Shown piece by piece: positions 41,001-52,053 of a DNA stretch of 64,000 nucleotides. The notes beneath the pieces were generated by a model. That model was not told the origin of the DNA, made no database searches, and was given only the letters and a program-made list of their open reading frames with translations. Location: assembly GCA_963818475.1 (NCBI GenBank), contig CAWFSF010000001.1:256001-320000 (forward strand). Reading direction: 5' to 3'. Source of the stretch: Nitrospirota bacterium. GTDB taxonomy: Bacteria; Nitrospirota; UBA9217. Numbering within the stretch: position 1 is the first letter of the stretch; each line of letters opens with the position of its first letter. Both the position numbers and the translations under genes were made by a program.

Positions 41001-41832
41001 GCCCGTCCCCCTCGGTCCCGAGCGAACCCAGGAGCTTGCCTGCGGCGTCGAACTTCTTGAGTTTGTAATTGTCGCTGTCGGCAACAAAGATATTGCCGGA
41101 CCCGTCAACAGCCAGGCCCCGGGGGTCGTCAAAGCCCTCGGAGTTCCTGCCTTTGGCCCCGAACATGAAAACCTGTTTTCCGGTTGGATCGAACACGCGA
41201 ATGGTATTCTGGGCCGAGTCCAGGACATAGAGCTTGTTCTGCGCATCCACAGCCAGATCAACAGGGGCCTTCATCTCTTCCTTCTCGGTCTTGAACGTCA
41301 CCTGGTTCAGAAAAATACCGTCTGAGGAAAAGACCTGCACCCGGGCATTGCCCGTATCAGCCACATAGACCAGGCCGTTTGCGGCAACGATGCCGGAAGG
41401 ATCGCTGAATTGTTTGGGACCGCTTCCCTTGCTGCCGAACATGCGCACGAACTTGCCGCCCTGATCGAAGATCTGGATGCGGCCGTTGCCCCCGTCGACG
41501 ACATAGACCTTTCCCTGCTCGTTCACGGCAATGCCCGAGGGGTACTTGAACTGGCCGGGAGCGTCGCCCTTGCTTCCCCAGACCAGGAGGCTCTTTCCGC
41601 TCTGGTCAAGCACCACGACACGGTGCGCCTCGGTATCGGCGACAAAGATCCGATCGCCTGCCAGGGCAAGCGCCCGGGGGCCGTTCAGCATGCGCTGTCC
41701 TTCAGGTTTTTTGTACTCGCCGATCTCGTTGATGAATTCGATCTGCTGATAAGCGAAAAGAGGAAGGGAACTGCCGACGAAAAACATCACGAAAAAAAGA
41801 AAACTGGTAGAGAAGGACCGCTTACTGAACAC
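38020..41832 (-). CDS. Secreted NHL-repeat / FN3 / transglutaminase-like / TPR protein
   Basis: About 12 NHL repeats, two FN3 domains, SGDCDDLSILF...VPGHVF, C-terminal TPRs; SD GGAGG before GTG 41832. Confidence 0.85.
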   Translation of the reverse strand: MFSKRSFSTSFLFFVMFFVGSSLPLFAYQQIEFINEIGEYKKPEGQRMLNGPRALALAGDRIFVADTEAHRVVVLDQSGKSLLVWGSKGDAPGQFKYPSGIAVNEQGKVYVVDGGNGRIQIFDQGGKFVRMFGSKGSGPKQFSDPSGIVAANGLVYVADTGNARVQVFSSDGIFLNQVTFKTEKEEMKAPVDLAVDAQNKLYVLDSAQNTIRVFDPTGKQVFMFGAKGRNSEGFDDPRGLAVDGSGNIFVADSDNYKLKKFDAAGKLLGSLGTEGDGPGQFRLATGIKVDAGDKVYVLDAKKNTLQVFACEAGTQPSLAPSSPLPAEELSGVMAETVSGLAINKGLWGLTKDSLGAVGVSGAARFGARGSEPGMLKSPRGMAVDDAGNFWVADTDNDRIQKYNSEGTLLHVIGKSGSGEGQFDGPSGIALSPKGNICVADTGNNRVQVFSPKGMFLGTFGKSGALRGQFREPVDLTVDRAGNIYVVDRGNNRFGKYDSNGALLWESGKEGPGDGEFDHPENIIISPDNEVYVLDAGNARVQVFDNSGKFLRKFGSPGSGPGEFKAPLGLALEAGVRLYVGDGGNKRVQAFTLRHTPAVPRDTAAQARPNEIQVSWKPNIETYLDHYTVYRAESAAGPFTAAGVTKEPFFADKNLPSNKTFTYAVASQAREGNESALSSPVSASTPRLVPATPRKISIEALEKQITLSWTPNTEPFMSFYRVYRSKHPTEGFEPVAKVEKTVFLDAPLVDETLYYYQLTSVGKEGDESQASDVVFATTPKAALSLPPLEIAKVEIGEIFSSAYKYYESNAIGAVTIRNNSGNAFPSAKLSFSIKDYMDYPSEIQLQDIAANQEVKLDLKPVFSNKILDVTENTPIQSELALTYYMAGEARTVTRSFPITLYERHAMRWDQKAKLGAYVTPKDPPVVEFSRSVVQQYVDAFPNLHSSLVYARGIYGALGVLGVNYIVDPTSPFQEFSENAASVDYLQYPRDTLSRKSGDCDDLSILFAACMENLGVGTAFIDVPGHVFIMFNTGVTEKDRMTLGFPDELLVLHQGTVWIPVEMTMVGSSFTRAWQKAAEEYRDWAARGKAEIIVTQKAWELFKPVTLPGGDGKVGAAKRQEIDARFADELEALGRQRLNALSAGYIEMLKKNPDDLAALAELGIVYGENGLYAEALQQFQKMLAIDKENADALNNIGNISFLQERLDDAKQAYESSLRVAPDDPGTMVNLSRVLLRMNNKEEAKKLFKQAAARDPRVIRRNSDLASDLGVVK

Positions 41833-42040
41833 TGCCACACCTCCTGCATACACCTGTGCGGCCGGACGGCATTCCGGCACATTGCGTAATGCGGTGCAGT
41901 CTACCACAAAAAGCGCGGGGAGACAATAAAAAGTATGGTGCACAGGATTTCCTGTTTAATTTGCTTTAAAAATCATTCTGTTTGACTTCCCGGTGTGCAT
42001 TTGATAAGGTTTGAAAAACGTTGCCCGGAGGCAAATAAAA

Positions 42041-43901
42041 ATGCGCTCAAAATACGTCCTGCTCTTCACGGTTGCGGTCACCCTGCTCGCAGTGCTCATG
42101 ACATCAGGAACAGTTCTGGCAGCGCCTATCGAGGTGAACGTACCTGGTGCTTATCGCAATATTCAAGATGCGATAGACTACGCCGCAAGCCCAGTTCTCG
42201 TTACACCCCGAGAACACTTACTCAATACTGGTAGAACCAAGCTCGACACACTATACCGTCCCTACCGGGGGTCTTGTGCTGAGAAGCAGTATCCCGGTCA
42301 GGGGCCGCGAAACAGCCAGAACCATCATAGACGGAGGGGGCGGCACATATGCTGTTACTGCCACTGGCGTGACCGGTGTCAGTTTCAAAAATTTCACCAT
42401 CATGAATGCCAGCAACGGCATCCTGGTAACAGGAAATTCAGCGATCACCATCGCTAATAATGTATTTGTGAGCTTGACGAACACTGCCGTAATTATCCAG
42501 AGTTCAGCTGCCTCGTCAGTGAGCAACAACACCTTTTATCAGAACGGGGCTGCCATCTCAAGAGATACGGATTTGGGAGCGGCAATTACCAATAACATTT
42601 TCTACAACAGTGCCAATACGACCCAGATCGTCCAAAACGCTGCAGAAACCACCATTACCTATAACCTCTTTTTCCCTGATCTGAACGGGCCTAAGGGTAC
42701 ATCCTATATTCCTAATGTTACCTTTCCAGATCCTGACCCGCTGTTTGTCGATCCTGCACACAATGATTTCCATATCAAGTCAAACCCCACCTCCACATCT
42801 CCCTGCATTGATCAAGGGAGTCCTGCCGTAACTGAGGATTCTATAGATGGGACAACAAGCGATATCGGAGCCTATGGCGGACCCAATGCAGACACCATCC
42901 CCTTTCCAGTAGAGGGATCGGACGTAACGGCCATCGCGACCGTCGATTCCATATCAGTAAGCTGGCCTGCAAATACAAATACAAGCTATGTTGTTAATGA
43001 CATAAACCACTTTGACCACGTGACAACGGGTGGCTACAACCTCTACTACAGCCTCGAATCCGGCCAATCTGGCACACCCTATCAGAACAAGCTCACCCTT
43101 GCGAGCACGGTCACGAGCACCGTGATCAGCGGTTTGACCACGACGATCGCTCAACCTGACGCGCCGGTCATAAATCCTCTGGGTTTTGACAACCAAACCC
43201 TGCTGGTCAGCTGGTCCCCGGTATCAGGCGCAACAGGATACATAGTATACTACTCGCTTTCAACAGACTTGACGAATTCGCTGAATACTGGTGTCATCAA
43301 GGACACATCTCATAAGCTTAGTGGCCTGGTCAACGGCACTGATTATACCGTATGGGTGAGAGCAGTTGCCCAGCCCAAGTACTACCTTGCTGTCACCGCC
43401 TTTGACTACACGGCAGGGACACACACACCTGGCATTGCCCATGAAAGCGCATACTCTTCTCCTGAGACCGTTATCACCGTCGGGCCGCAGGTCGACGGGC
43501 CGCTTTCAGACCCCGTCACTGGATTTCCCGAAGCTTTTCACTATAATCCCGACCTGCCGAACAAGGGCTGCTTCATTGCCACTGCCGCCTACGGATACTA
43601 CGACGCGCCACAAGTGCAGGCGCTCCGTGATTTCAGGGACCGCTATCTTGAAACGAATTCTGCAGGCAGGGCATTTGTTAGATGGTATTACGAATACGGA
43701 CCGATCGGAGCTGCTGCGCTTAATGAACACCCTTGGCTCAAACCCGTGGTGCGGACAGCGCTCCTGCCTGCTGTAGGCGGAGCACTCTTCCTGACCAGGG
43801 CGTCGACGGTGACGCAGTTGGTGGCCCTGTTACTGTTCACCCTCATGATCGCAGTGCTGGTTATGTACATAAAAGGTGTCGTGCGTGGAGGTTCACGTTG
43901 A
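42041..43901 (+). CDS. Beta-helix plus FN3 protein with CFI-box C-terminal domain (frameshifted near 42200-42280)
   Basis: YRNIQDAIDYA, NNTFYQN repeats, DIGAYGG, GCFIATAAYG...LRDFRDRYL, C-terminal TM. Confidence 0.8.
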
Positions 43902-44563
43902 AAAATATCATTCTCATTCTGCTTTGCATCCTACTACCTGCAGCTGCCTCTGCAGAATCCCTTGATGCCGATCGCCCGCACTGGTCCCTGGAGGTCAAGG
44001 GCGGTGTTTTCATTCCTGATGTCGCCGACTGGGCCACGTTCTACGGTGACCGTTCAACAGGCCAGTTCGAGGGAACCCTGGCGTACAAGGTCTTGAGGCA
44101 GGTAGAAGTGGGTGTGTCAGTTGGCCGCATCCGCGACGGAGGACAGGGCTACGCGCAACTTCATTCAGAAGCTACCGGTACAGCAACCTATGGAGGCCAT
44201 ATAAATTACCAGCTCTTTCCCGTAAATGCTTTCGTGGTCCTTCGCGGAGTGTTCACCGAGAACCAGTGGATCGTCCCCTATGTCGGAGGCGGCTGGACCC
44301 GGATGTACTACCAAGAGGAACTCAGTCAACAGCCGACGGTCAAGGGCTATACTGACGGATCTCATGCGCGGGCCGGTCTTCAGTTCCTTTTGGACGCGCT
44401 TGACGAGCGCGCGGCAGCGAACATGCTTCTGGATTACGGCGTCTACCATACCTATTTCTTTGTCGAGGCTCAGCGCACCAGAGCGATGATCAACGAGGTC
44501 TCGGGCGGATCGGTCAATCTCGGCGGCACGAGCTGGCTAGGCGGGTTGTTGTTCGAGTTTTAG
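43898..44563 (+). CDS. Outer-membrane beta-barrel protein (MXAN_2562-like)
   Basis: TTG overlaps upstream stop; signal peptide, VPYVGGG, GLQFLLDALD, C-terminal LFEF. Confidence 0.75.
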   Translation: MKNIILILLCILLPAAASAESLDADRPHWSLEVKGGVFIPDVADWATFYGDRSTGQFEGTLAYKVLRQVEVGVSVGRIRDGGQGYAQLHSEATGTATYGGHINYQLFPVNAFVVLRGVFTENQWIVPYVGGGWTRMYYQEELSQQPTVKGYTDGSHARAGLQFLLDALDERAAANMLLDYGVYHTYFFVEAQRTRAMINEVSGGSVNLGGTSWLGGLLFEF

Positions 44564-44899
44564 GAAACCTAAAAACCCTACTATCACGATCGCGCGATGA
44601 TTCGGTATGCCCCTTTTACCTGCCATAAAACTACTTGAGGCAGGAGATCCATGAGCTCGTGATGCGGAAGTTACAGGGACAGCGAACGATCGGCACAAGA
44701 TAAATTCGCGAAATATGGGTCCCGATTTACGTGGCATAAGGGGAGATGATAGCAAGAAGGGACAGCATGTCAATTCCAAAACCTGAGAACTATATGAACT
44801 TGCATCATCTAACCTTGACAGATCTGTAAAAAAAGTCTTTTTAGCCCCTTTTGTGCTTTTTGTGACTTATATGGCAAATCTCGATTTCTTGTGACCTCA

Positions 44900-45508
44900 T
44901 CAAATATACTCCTCCTGATTTTCCCGCACTTCCTCTTCCGGCGGAGGAGCAAGAAGGCGCTCAAGTTTTTTGTCTCTTCCGATTCGCCCGGCAAGCTCTC
45001 GGGTCTTTTCTTTTTCTTCGTCAGTCATGAGGCCAAAGAGGGTCACAACATCGTGGGCGTCCTTGTAGCCTGAAGCGAACAGCTTCATAGCAACGAGGTA
45101 GGGTTTGCTCAGAACAGGGAAAGGGACAGCTTCTATTCGGACGGCTTTTTCAATACCCTCCCTTTCCCATTTATATCGCGCTATCAGCAGATCAATCCGC
45201 TCATATTCACCTTCGGCGTCGTCTATAAAAATAATATCGTGTTTTAAAGGGTCATCAGGGATTTTGCTGCCGCGTACAAAGCGCGCGGAAAATCTTTCTG
45301 GAAGATGTTTTACGAGAAGAGCATGGAAGGCGGAGGAATCGGCATTGGAGATGGCGTCGGAGTAAACGCAGAGATCCACGTCGAGGGTCGTTCGTTCCAC
45401 GCCATGCAGGATGACGGCAGTTCCCCCAACAAGCACGATATCGAACTTAGCGGGGATTGCGTTCGTAATGTCGCGGATTATCTTTAAGGTATCGTCTATA
45501 GATTTCAT
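44900..45508 (-). CDS. Nucleotidyltransferase (AbiEii/DUF6036-like)
   Basis: LVGGTAVILHGVERTTLDVDL...LVAMKL...KDAHDV. Confidence 0.8.
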   Translation of the reverse strand: MKSIDDTLKIIRDITNAIPAKFDIVLVGGTAVILHGVERTTLDVDLCVYSDAISNADSSAFHALLVKHLPERFSARFVRGSKIPDDPLKHDIIFIDDAEGEYERIDLLIARYKWEREGIEKAVRIEAVPFPVLSKPYLVAMKLFASGYKDAHDVVTLFGLMTDEEKEKTRELAGRIGRDKKLERLLAPPPEEEVRENQEEYI

Positions 45509-45650
45509 ATTCCGAAACCTTTTCGCCCCGCGCCTTGAGGGCGACGAATTGCAGGAAACGATCATGCATGGTGCGCAGCCGTTCAATGGGAGACAAATTG
45601 AGGAAATCTTTTTGCTCCTCATCTTTTCTGATTTCCATGATCGACTTCAT
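45447..45650 (-). CDS. Small partner protein upstream of the nucleotidyltransferase
   Basis: FLNLSPIERL helix; overlapping two-gene layout. Confidence 0.65.
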   Translation of the reverse strand: MKSIMEIRKDEEQKDFLNLSPIERLRTMHDRFLQFVALKARGEKVSEYEIYRRYLKDNPRHYERNPR

Positions 45651-45771
45651 AAAAATAGACTATCAAATTAAGATTAAATATACAAGGCAATTATGGGGAG
45701 TGCAAGCTATTGCCGTCAAGAATAGAAGTTCAAGTCTGAACCCAATAAAGGGTGGAGTTTACAGGGAGCCC

Positions 45772-46440
45772 TTACGGCCAAGTTTTGCCATTTGATATGT
45801 GCTCCTGGGCAGCCACCAACCTGCTGATGGTCGCATAGTTCAATCCCAGATGATCCGCGATCTCCCTCTGAAGATATCCATGTTTCTCTACTGCCTCCGC
45901 TATTCGACGGTCCCGCTTGCGCTTGTCGCGCAGAAGGGCCTCCGGAAACAGTTTTTCCAGGGCCGGCCTCTTCAGGTATTTTTGACTCCGGGTGATCTCG
46001 GGCACCTCTTTGTGTTTTCTGAGATGATCTGTAAAGCGGTCTGCAAAATCCTCTTCACCGAGGATTGCCTGGCCCCGCATGTTGATCCAGACAGATTGCT
46101 TGCCGATTCCCCCTTTGACGAACTGCCGGTATTCCTGCTCCGCCTTTCCCCGCTTCCCGCTAAACTGGCCCAATACCCAGTCTATGGTGAGGCACGGATG
46201 TGCCTTTGATCTGCCCGCCGTGGCCAGGAAACTGGACCAGGGATAGGCCTCCGGCGTCTCGACCATCCTCGCCCGCACAGGATTCAGGACCACATAGCGG
46301 CAAACCTCAAGAAGATGACTGTCCTTCTGAATCAGGATGGCTTTATATCGTCCCTGGAACAGGTGGCCGGTCCTGCCATGCCAATTGTTAAAGAGCTGCG
46401 TGTAAACGTCGTTCAGTTGTCTCATGCCAATGGATAAATG
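45772..46440 (-). pseudogene. N-terminally truncated RAYT-like transposase
   Basis: LSIGMRQLNDVYTQ, GHLFQGRYKA, YVVLNPVRA present; the HUH-containing N-terminus is missing. Confidence 0.8.
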
Positions 46441-46448
46441 CCCCAGCG

Positions 46449-47240
46449 CTACTTCTTTGACAAGATCTTTCTAAGGTCCTTTACTTCTGCTTTCAAAGCC
46501 TCGATTTGGTTTTGCTGTTCTTTTATGGCCTGGAGAAGCACGGGGGTCATTTTGCTGTAATCCATCCCGGTGACATACTCTGTGTCTTTTTCATCCCAAA
46601 CCACTATTTCCGGTATATATTTGCCCACTTCCTCGCCGATAAATCCGATATCATGTTTTCCACCATGCTCAGCATCCCAATCATAATACACTCCGCGAAG
46701 GCCCAAAACAATGCCTAGCGCATTGTCAACTTCTTTTATATTTCGCTTCCATCTTATAGAAGAAGTCGCACCGTAATTTACGCCAGGGCCAGTAGCGTTG
46801 AAATCATACTGTTTTCCTTCACCCCTGACCCCGGTGCCGTTCGCTAAGGGTGCTGTTGCTATTCCATAGACGCCGGCACCTCCAAGTTCATTAGTTATCT
46901 CCCCCTTGACACCGGACCCATTGATCGAGCCGCTGGAGCCAAATATTCCAATAGATCCACTTCCCATAACACCAGTTCCAGAGTAAGCAGTGCCACTTCC
47001 GTAAACGCCCATGTTGCTACCTACACTCCAGATGCCTGTTCCAGTAGTGCCGCTACCGCCTACGCTTAGTTTTGAAGCAGGTGAAGATGTACCTACTCCA
47101 ATATTACCAGTCACATTCAAATTCGTTCCCACCTCGAGTTTGCCGCTCACGATGAGATCACCGTTTGCCGCATAAAGAAGCCCTGTGGTAAAAAATGATA
47201 CCGTCATTACTGCCGTTACCATCGCGATTCTGAGTTTCAT
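46449..47240 (-). CDS. Secreted Gly-rich fibre-like protein with S74-type intramolecular chaperone domain
   Basis: Signal peptide, GNIGVGTSSP, GVYG repeats, TSSIRWKRNI, IGFIGEEV, LLQAIKEQQ coiled coil. Confidence 0.8.
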   Translation of the reverse strand: MKLRIAMVTAVMTVSFFTTGLLYAANGDLIVSGKLEVGTNLNVTGNIGVGTSSPASKLSVGGSGTTGTGIWSVGSNMGVYGSGTAYSGTGVMGSGSIGIFGSSGSINGSGVKGEITNELGGAGVYGIATAPLANGTGVRGEGKQYDFNATGPGVNYGATSSIRWKRNIKEVDNALGIVLGLRGVYYDWDAEHGGKHDIGFIGEEVGKYIPEIVVWDEKDTEYVTGMDYSKMTPVLLQAIKEQQNQIEALKAEVKDLRKILSKK

Positions 47241-47637
47241 TGTCTCCCCCTAAGTTTAAGTATTCCCATTATTGTTAATCTGCACAATCGGTTATTATAA
47301 ATATCATCTGCTAAAACCATAAAGCCCTATTCACACTTCAGTGACGGTGAGGAAGCAAATGACTTCGTCGGACCGCTCACAAGCCTGAATAGAGTGGCAA
47401 TCGCATAAAAAAAACTGCACGTATTTAAAAGTAAAGCAACCGAGGCACAAAACACCTCATTTTACGGAGCGCTCTTGGTAGCTATTCAACTTAAAGCAAC
47501 GTAGGAAACAACGTCCCTAATGTTGCTCAGCGAAAGCAAGTTGCACTTGACAAGGGGGCTATAGGATGTCCCCAAGATGCTTTTTCCCCAATATTTTAGA
47601 AGGCGAAGAAGACCGGGTGACTATTGCTGGATTAGCA

Positions 47638-47907
47638 TCATCGACTAAACAGTGTGATCATACCCTTTGCTAAACCAGAGACTATCATGCAGATAAAACT
47701 AATAATCGTAAGCCAGAACCAAGAGCCCACTCTATTCTGTTCCCGTTTCGTATCTCGATAATATTCTACAAAAACAATATCTGGCCGCAATCCGAATAGT
47801 CTGTGCTTGATAATTTTCTTCCGATACAAATAGTCCGCCATAACCATGAAAGAAAAATAACCAAGCAACAGAAATATAAATGCTATCCAGCCGAGAATAT
47901 TCGCCAT
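47638..47907 (-). CDS. Putative Rhs immunity protein (2 TM)
   Basis: Small, low GC, directly downstream of the Rhs C-terminus. Confidence 0.65.
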   Translation of the reverse strand: MANILGWIAFIFLLLGYFSFMVMADYLYRKKIIKHRLFGLRPDIVFVEYYRDTKREQNRVGSWFWLTIISFICMIVSGLAKGMITLFSR

Positions 47908-47925
47908 GATTTATTCCTTATCCGG

Positions 47926-50900
47926 TTACAAGCTACAGCATTTATCCACTATCGTAGGAGGTTCCGTGAATTTATAAATGCAAATAACGAATATTTTTAC
48001 TCCCCAACCAGCACCAACTCCGAGATTTGACCAGTTAGAACCTAATGTGTTTTCACCTGAAACTGGCCCGAACGCCGCTTCGACTGTTGCGCCCGCATAA
48101 CCTGAGGGACAATTCTTTTTATCACCGATTGTGACAGAACCACCCCCGCTATAACCGACACCCAAACCAAAACACATTTTTTCCCATCGAACACGCCATC
48201 TATTTTTACCATCGCAGCACCAGTTAGTGCCTTTTCCATAGCCAATTAACAGCATGCCCTCAGCTTCAATTCCAGACCCAGCAATACTGCTTGAAGCCAA
48301 TCCCCGAACGTCCGTTGATTTTATCGGATTATTTTCGACGTAATTATACGGTTTCAATATTTGAGCAAAATAAGCTGCGGTAGATGCATTCACCAATAAG
48401 GGATCCGATTCTAAATATCGGCCAATGACTGGGTTATAGTCGCGGAAGTAATTATAGTGCAGGCTTGTTTCCTGATCATAGTACTGCCCAGGAAAACGGA
48501 GGTTGTTGGTGATCGTGCTGACGGTGATCGTCGCTTCACCGAACGGTTTATAGTCCGCAGCCCACACGACGGTGCCTGTCGAGTCCGTCATCTTCTGCGG
48601 GGTGGCAAGATGATCGTTGTGGCAATAGTACGTATTCGCCCCTTCCATCTTCGCCAACGGCTGATCATTCAAGTATACATATTCCGCTGCGATAGTTCCA
48701 GCGCTATTTGATTCTGCAATGATCTGTCCACTCAGGCTGTAATGGAAGATCGTGGTTGCTCCGTTCACGACCTTCTTCACCCTCTGGCCGTTGCCATTGT
48801 AGGTGTAGTTTGCCGTCATTGACCCGTCGTTCACCTGGATCAATCGCTGATTCTGATTGTAGACGTACTGGCGCGCCGCTTCTCGTTGTCGTATTTCCGT
48901 TGTTGTCGTATCCGAAGGACAATCCATTGGCGGTGTTCAGCTTGTTGGTATTCTGGTAGTAGGTGTAGGCACCCGCATTCTCGGTCTGCCTGTTCCCTAC
49001 CCCGTCATAAGTCCAGCCCAAACTGCCCCATATGCCCGATGATGTGGCTGTCCAAAGCCGGTCAAGATTATCATAGGTGAAGCTCTTGTTCTTTGAAGCA
49101 TCGAGGCTGTCCGTAATGGCCGTTATGTTCCCATTGCTGTCATATCCGGTATAGCTGAGGCTCAGTGCCGCCCCTGCCGTTATGGAGCTGATCCTGTACT
49201 GATTATCGTATCCGATCGTGCCGCTCAGGCCATTGCCGTAGGTGATCGCATTCATGCCGCCGAAGGGTTTGTAGGTGATGTTGGATGCGAGATTGGCTGC
49301 ACCGTTGAGTACACTGACTGCTCGGTCGTTGGTGTAGTTGTAGGTGATAACCTTGCCTGACGGGTAGGTCATGGTCTTCATGTTCCCGTTCATGTCATAG
49401 GTGTATTGTGTCACGTACTGAACGGTATCGATCACCTTGGTTTCTTTTTTGACCTGCCCTTTTGGCGTGTACTCGTAGCTGGTCGTTCCGATGCATCGGT
49501 CATGGAACAGAGACGGCCCTTGCCGTTTACGCAGGTGTCGTAGGAATAGACACGTGTCTGTATCAGCGGGATAGTCGATCGTCGTGAGCCGATTCAGTGC
49601 GTCGTAGGAATACGAAATCATGACTCCCTTGGCGTCGGTTTTGGATATGAGGTCCCCGGCCGGATCGTAAACGTAGGTCGTCGTCCCGGTATCCGGAGAA
49701 ATGACCTGGTATACTCGGCCTTTGTCGTCATAAATGTAGGTGGTAGCATTGTTGTTGGCATCGGTGACCGTGGTCAGGTTGTTATTTGAGTTGTAGCCGT
49801 AGCCGGTGGTAATCGTACTGGGCTGGATGGTTGCTACCAGCCGGCTCAGAGCATCGTACTGATACGTCGTACTTGCGGCGTTCGGATTGCGGAGGGAGGT
49901 GCGGTTACCCCGTGAATCATAACCATATTCCGTGTAGGTGCTGTCAGGATTCGTGATTCTTTTAAGCTTGTTCAAAGCATCATACTGGTAGCTCAGGCTC
50001 TTCTGGAGAGAATTACCTGCATCCCTGATCTCTTCCGTGAGCCTGTTCCCCTCGGAATCATAGGTATAGTTGAAACTGTTGCCAAGGCTGTCGCTGATGC
50101 TGGCGAGATTGCTGTTGGCATCATATCCGTAGGTTATAGTGTTCCCTTCCGGCAGGGTAATATGATCGATCTTGTTCGCCCCTCCGCAGGAGGTGCATCC
50201 TCCCGCGACATAGGCATATTGCGTGGGGTTGGTGTCGCCTGCTGCGGTGACCGTAAGCACGCGTCCGTTTTCGTCATAGGTATAGGCAGTGCTGTTGCCG
50301 TTCGGGTCAAGGACGTTCCGGGGATTGCCGAGGGCATCGTGATCGGAATAGGTCGTTGTGCCGATCAGCGGCTGGGTCGTTGAGGTCAGATACCCGGTTG
50401 TCGGATCATAGGCATAGCTCGTAAGGTCCGTCACATCGGTCCTGGGGCCGTCGATGCTCGTGAGCTTGCCGTTGGTATAACCATAGGTCGTGGTATAGGA
50501 GTAGGCCGTGCCGCTGCCGAGAAGTCCGGCATCGGTCGTGGTCAGGAGATTGCCGGTCGCGTTGTCATAGGTGTTGGTGACGGTCTTGTTTTGATTCGGG
50601 TCAACTATGCTCTTGACGATCTCCTGGGCCAGCTTGTGGAATGTAGCAGTTGTGGCTAACGGATCGATCTCATACTGGTAGATGTACGTCGTGGTCTTCT
50701 GAATAGCAGCCCAGTCACTCGGGCTGGCTTTGCTTGCTTCTGTTTTGGTCTTTAAGTTGCCGTAGGCATCATAGGTGTAATCGTTAGCTGACCTGAGCAC
50801 AAGGACCGGTACGGAAGGACTTCCCGTGTTTTCCCAGTATTCTTCTCGGGTGATCTTTGTCTGGCTGTTTCTTGCATAGGTCGTGACGTTGCCTACGGTG

Positions 50901-51997
50901 TCGGTCTCTTTTACGACCTGGCCGTTCTCTCCGAACTCTACGGTCCGAATGTTCGTGTTCAGAACAGTGCCGGAGCTGTCTTTGATCGTGGTCGTGACTT
51001 TTGTCTTTGCATAAGGCGTGATGTACTCGAAGTCGATTACGCCTGTTCCGTGGGTCTGCCTGGTCACCCGTCCGTTGGTGTAGGTATTTACATACTCGCC
51101 TTTGCCTTCGTCCACGCTCGTCATGAGATGCATGTTGTTGGGGTTGGTATATCCGTAGGTGATGCTTGCCTCGGGACCGGTGACTGAGGTAAGGTTGCCG
51201 ATGTTGTCGTGACCGTAGTTAACCGTCCTTCTGCTGTCTGTGATGCTGCTGAGCCTGCCGTTAAGGTCGTATGCGAAGGTTACTTGTGCGCCGGTCAGGT
51301 TCCCGGAGGCGTTTTTTTCCTCTATTTTATAGATCTTGTAATCGTAAGCCACGATGAGCGGGGTCGTCCCGACATTGTAGAGCAGAAGGCCCATGAGACC
51401 GTCACGGACCTGGGCGGTATAGGTGATCGTGATGGAGGCTCCTGTTGCGTCTATAAGCTGGATAAGCCGGCCCTGGGGATCATAAATGTCCCTGGCCCCG
51501 CTTTTGTCGGTGAAGGTGTAGCTGTCGTCAGCGTTCTGGACAAGGGTGCCGCTTTCGCCGAGGGGAGTGATGTAGCCTCCTACGCTCCAGGTGAACCGCC
51601 GTTTCCAGCCGCATTCTTTTCTGAGGGTGACGGAGCCGTCGGGGTAGGTGTAGAGTCTGCGGTCGTAGTTGACGGCCCAGCCGTAGCCCAGGGGGCTGTC
51701 GTAGCCGGAGCGGCTGTTGTAGATCCGCCGAACCGCGATGGGGTAGAGGTTTCCGATGGTAAGATCGGTGCGGGAGGTGGTTTCAGCGCCGGCCAGCAGG
51801 TTGATGGGTTTGCCGGCAAGACCGGGGATATAGCCGTTCATGCTGGGAGCAGGATCGTCTGCGCAGGCGGCGATATCGTCGGTGTCGATTGGCGTATTAA
51901 TGGCGGTGTTATCAGTGCCCAAGGCTAGGGCTGGCATCGGGAACAAAGCACCAAGACAAAGAAAAAGAATGAATAAGGCCACAATGTTCCTGCGCAT
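47926..51997 (-). CDS. Rhs/YD-repeat protein with signal peptide and variable C-terminus (frameshifts near 49550, 49495, 48885)
   Basis: SPLGYGW, many YD repeats, NLRFPGQYYD...HYNYFRDY, NPIKSTDVRGL core end; SD GAGGAGG. Confidence 0.9.
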
Positions 51998-52053
51998 GCA
52001 AATCCTCCTCGTAAAACCACACTTCATCATCGAGAATCTATACGGAACTTTGA

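Noticed and set aside
46449-47240. Prophage tail fibre indicating a prophage
   Set aside because: The protein has a signal peptide, and there are no capsid, terminase or phage integrase genes in the window.
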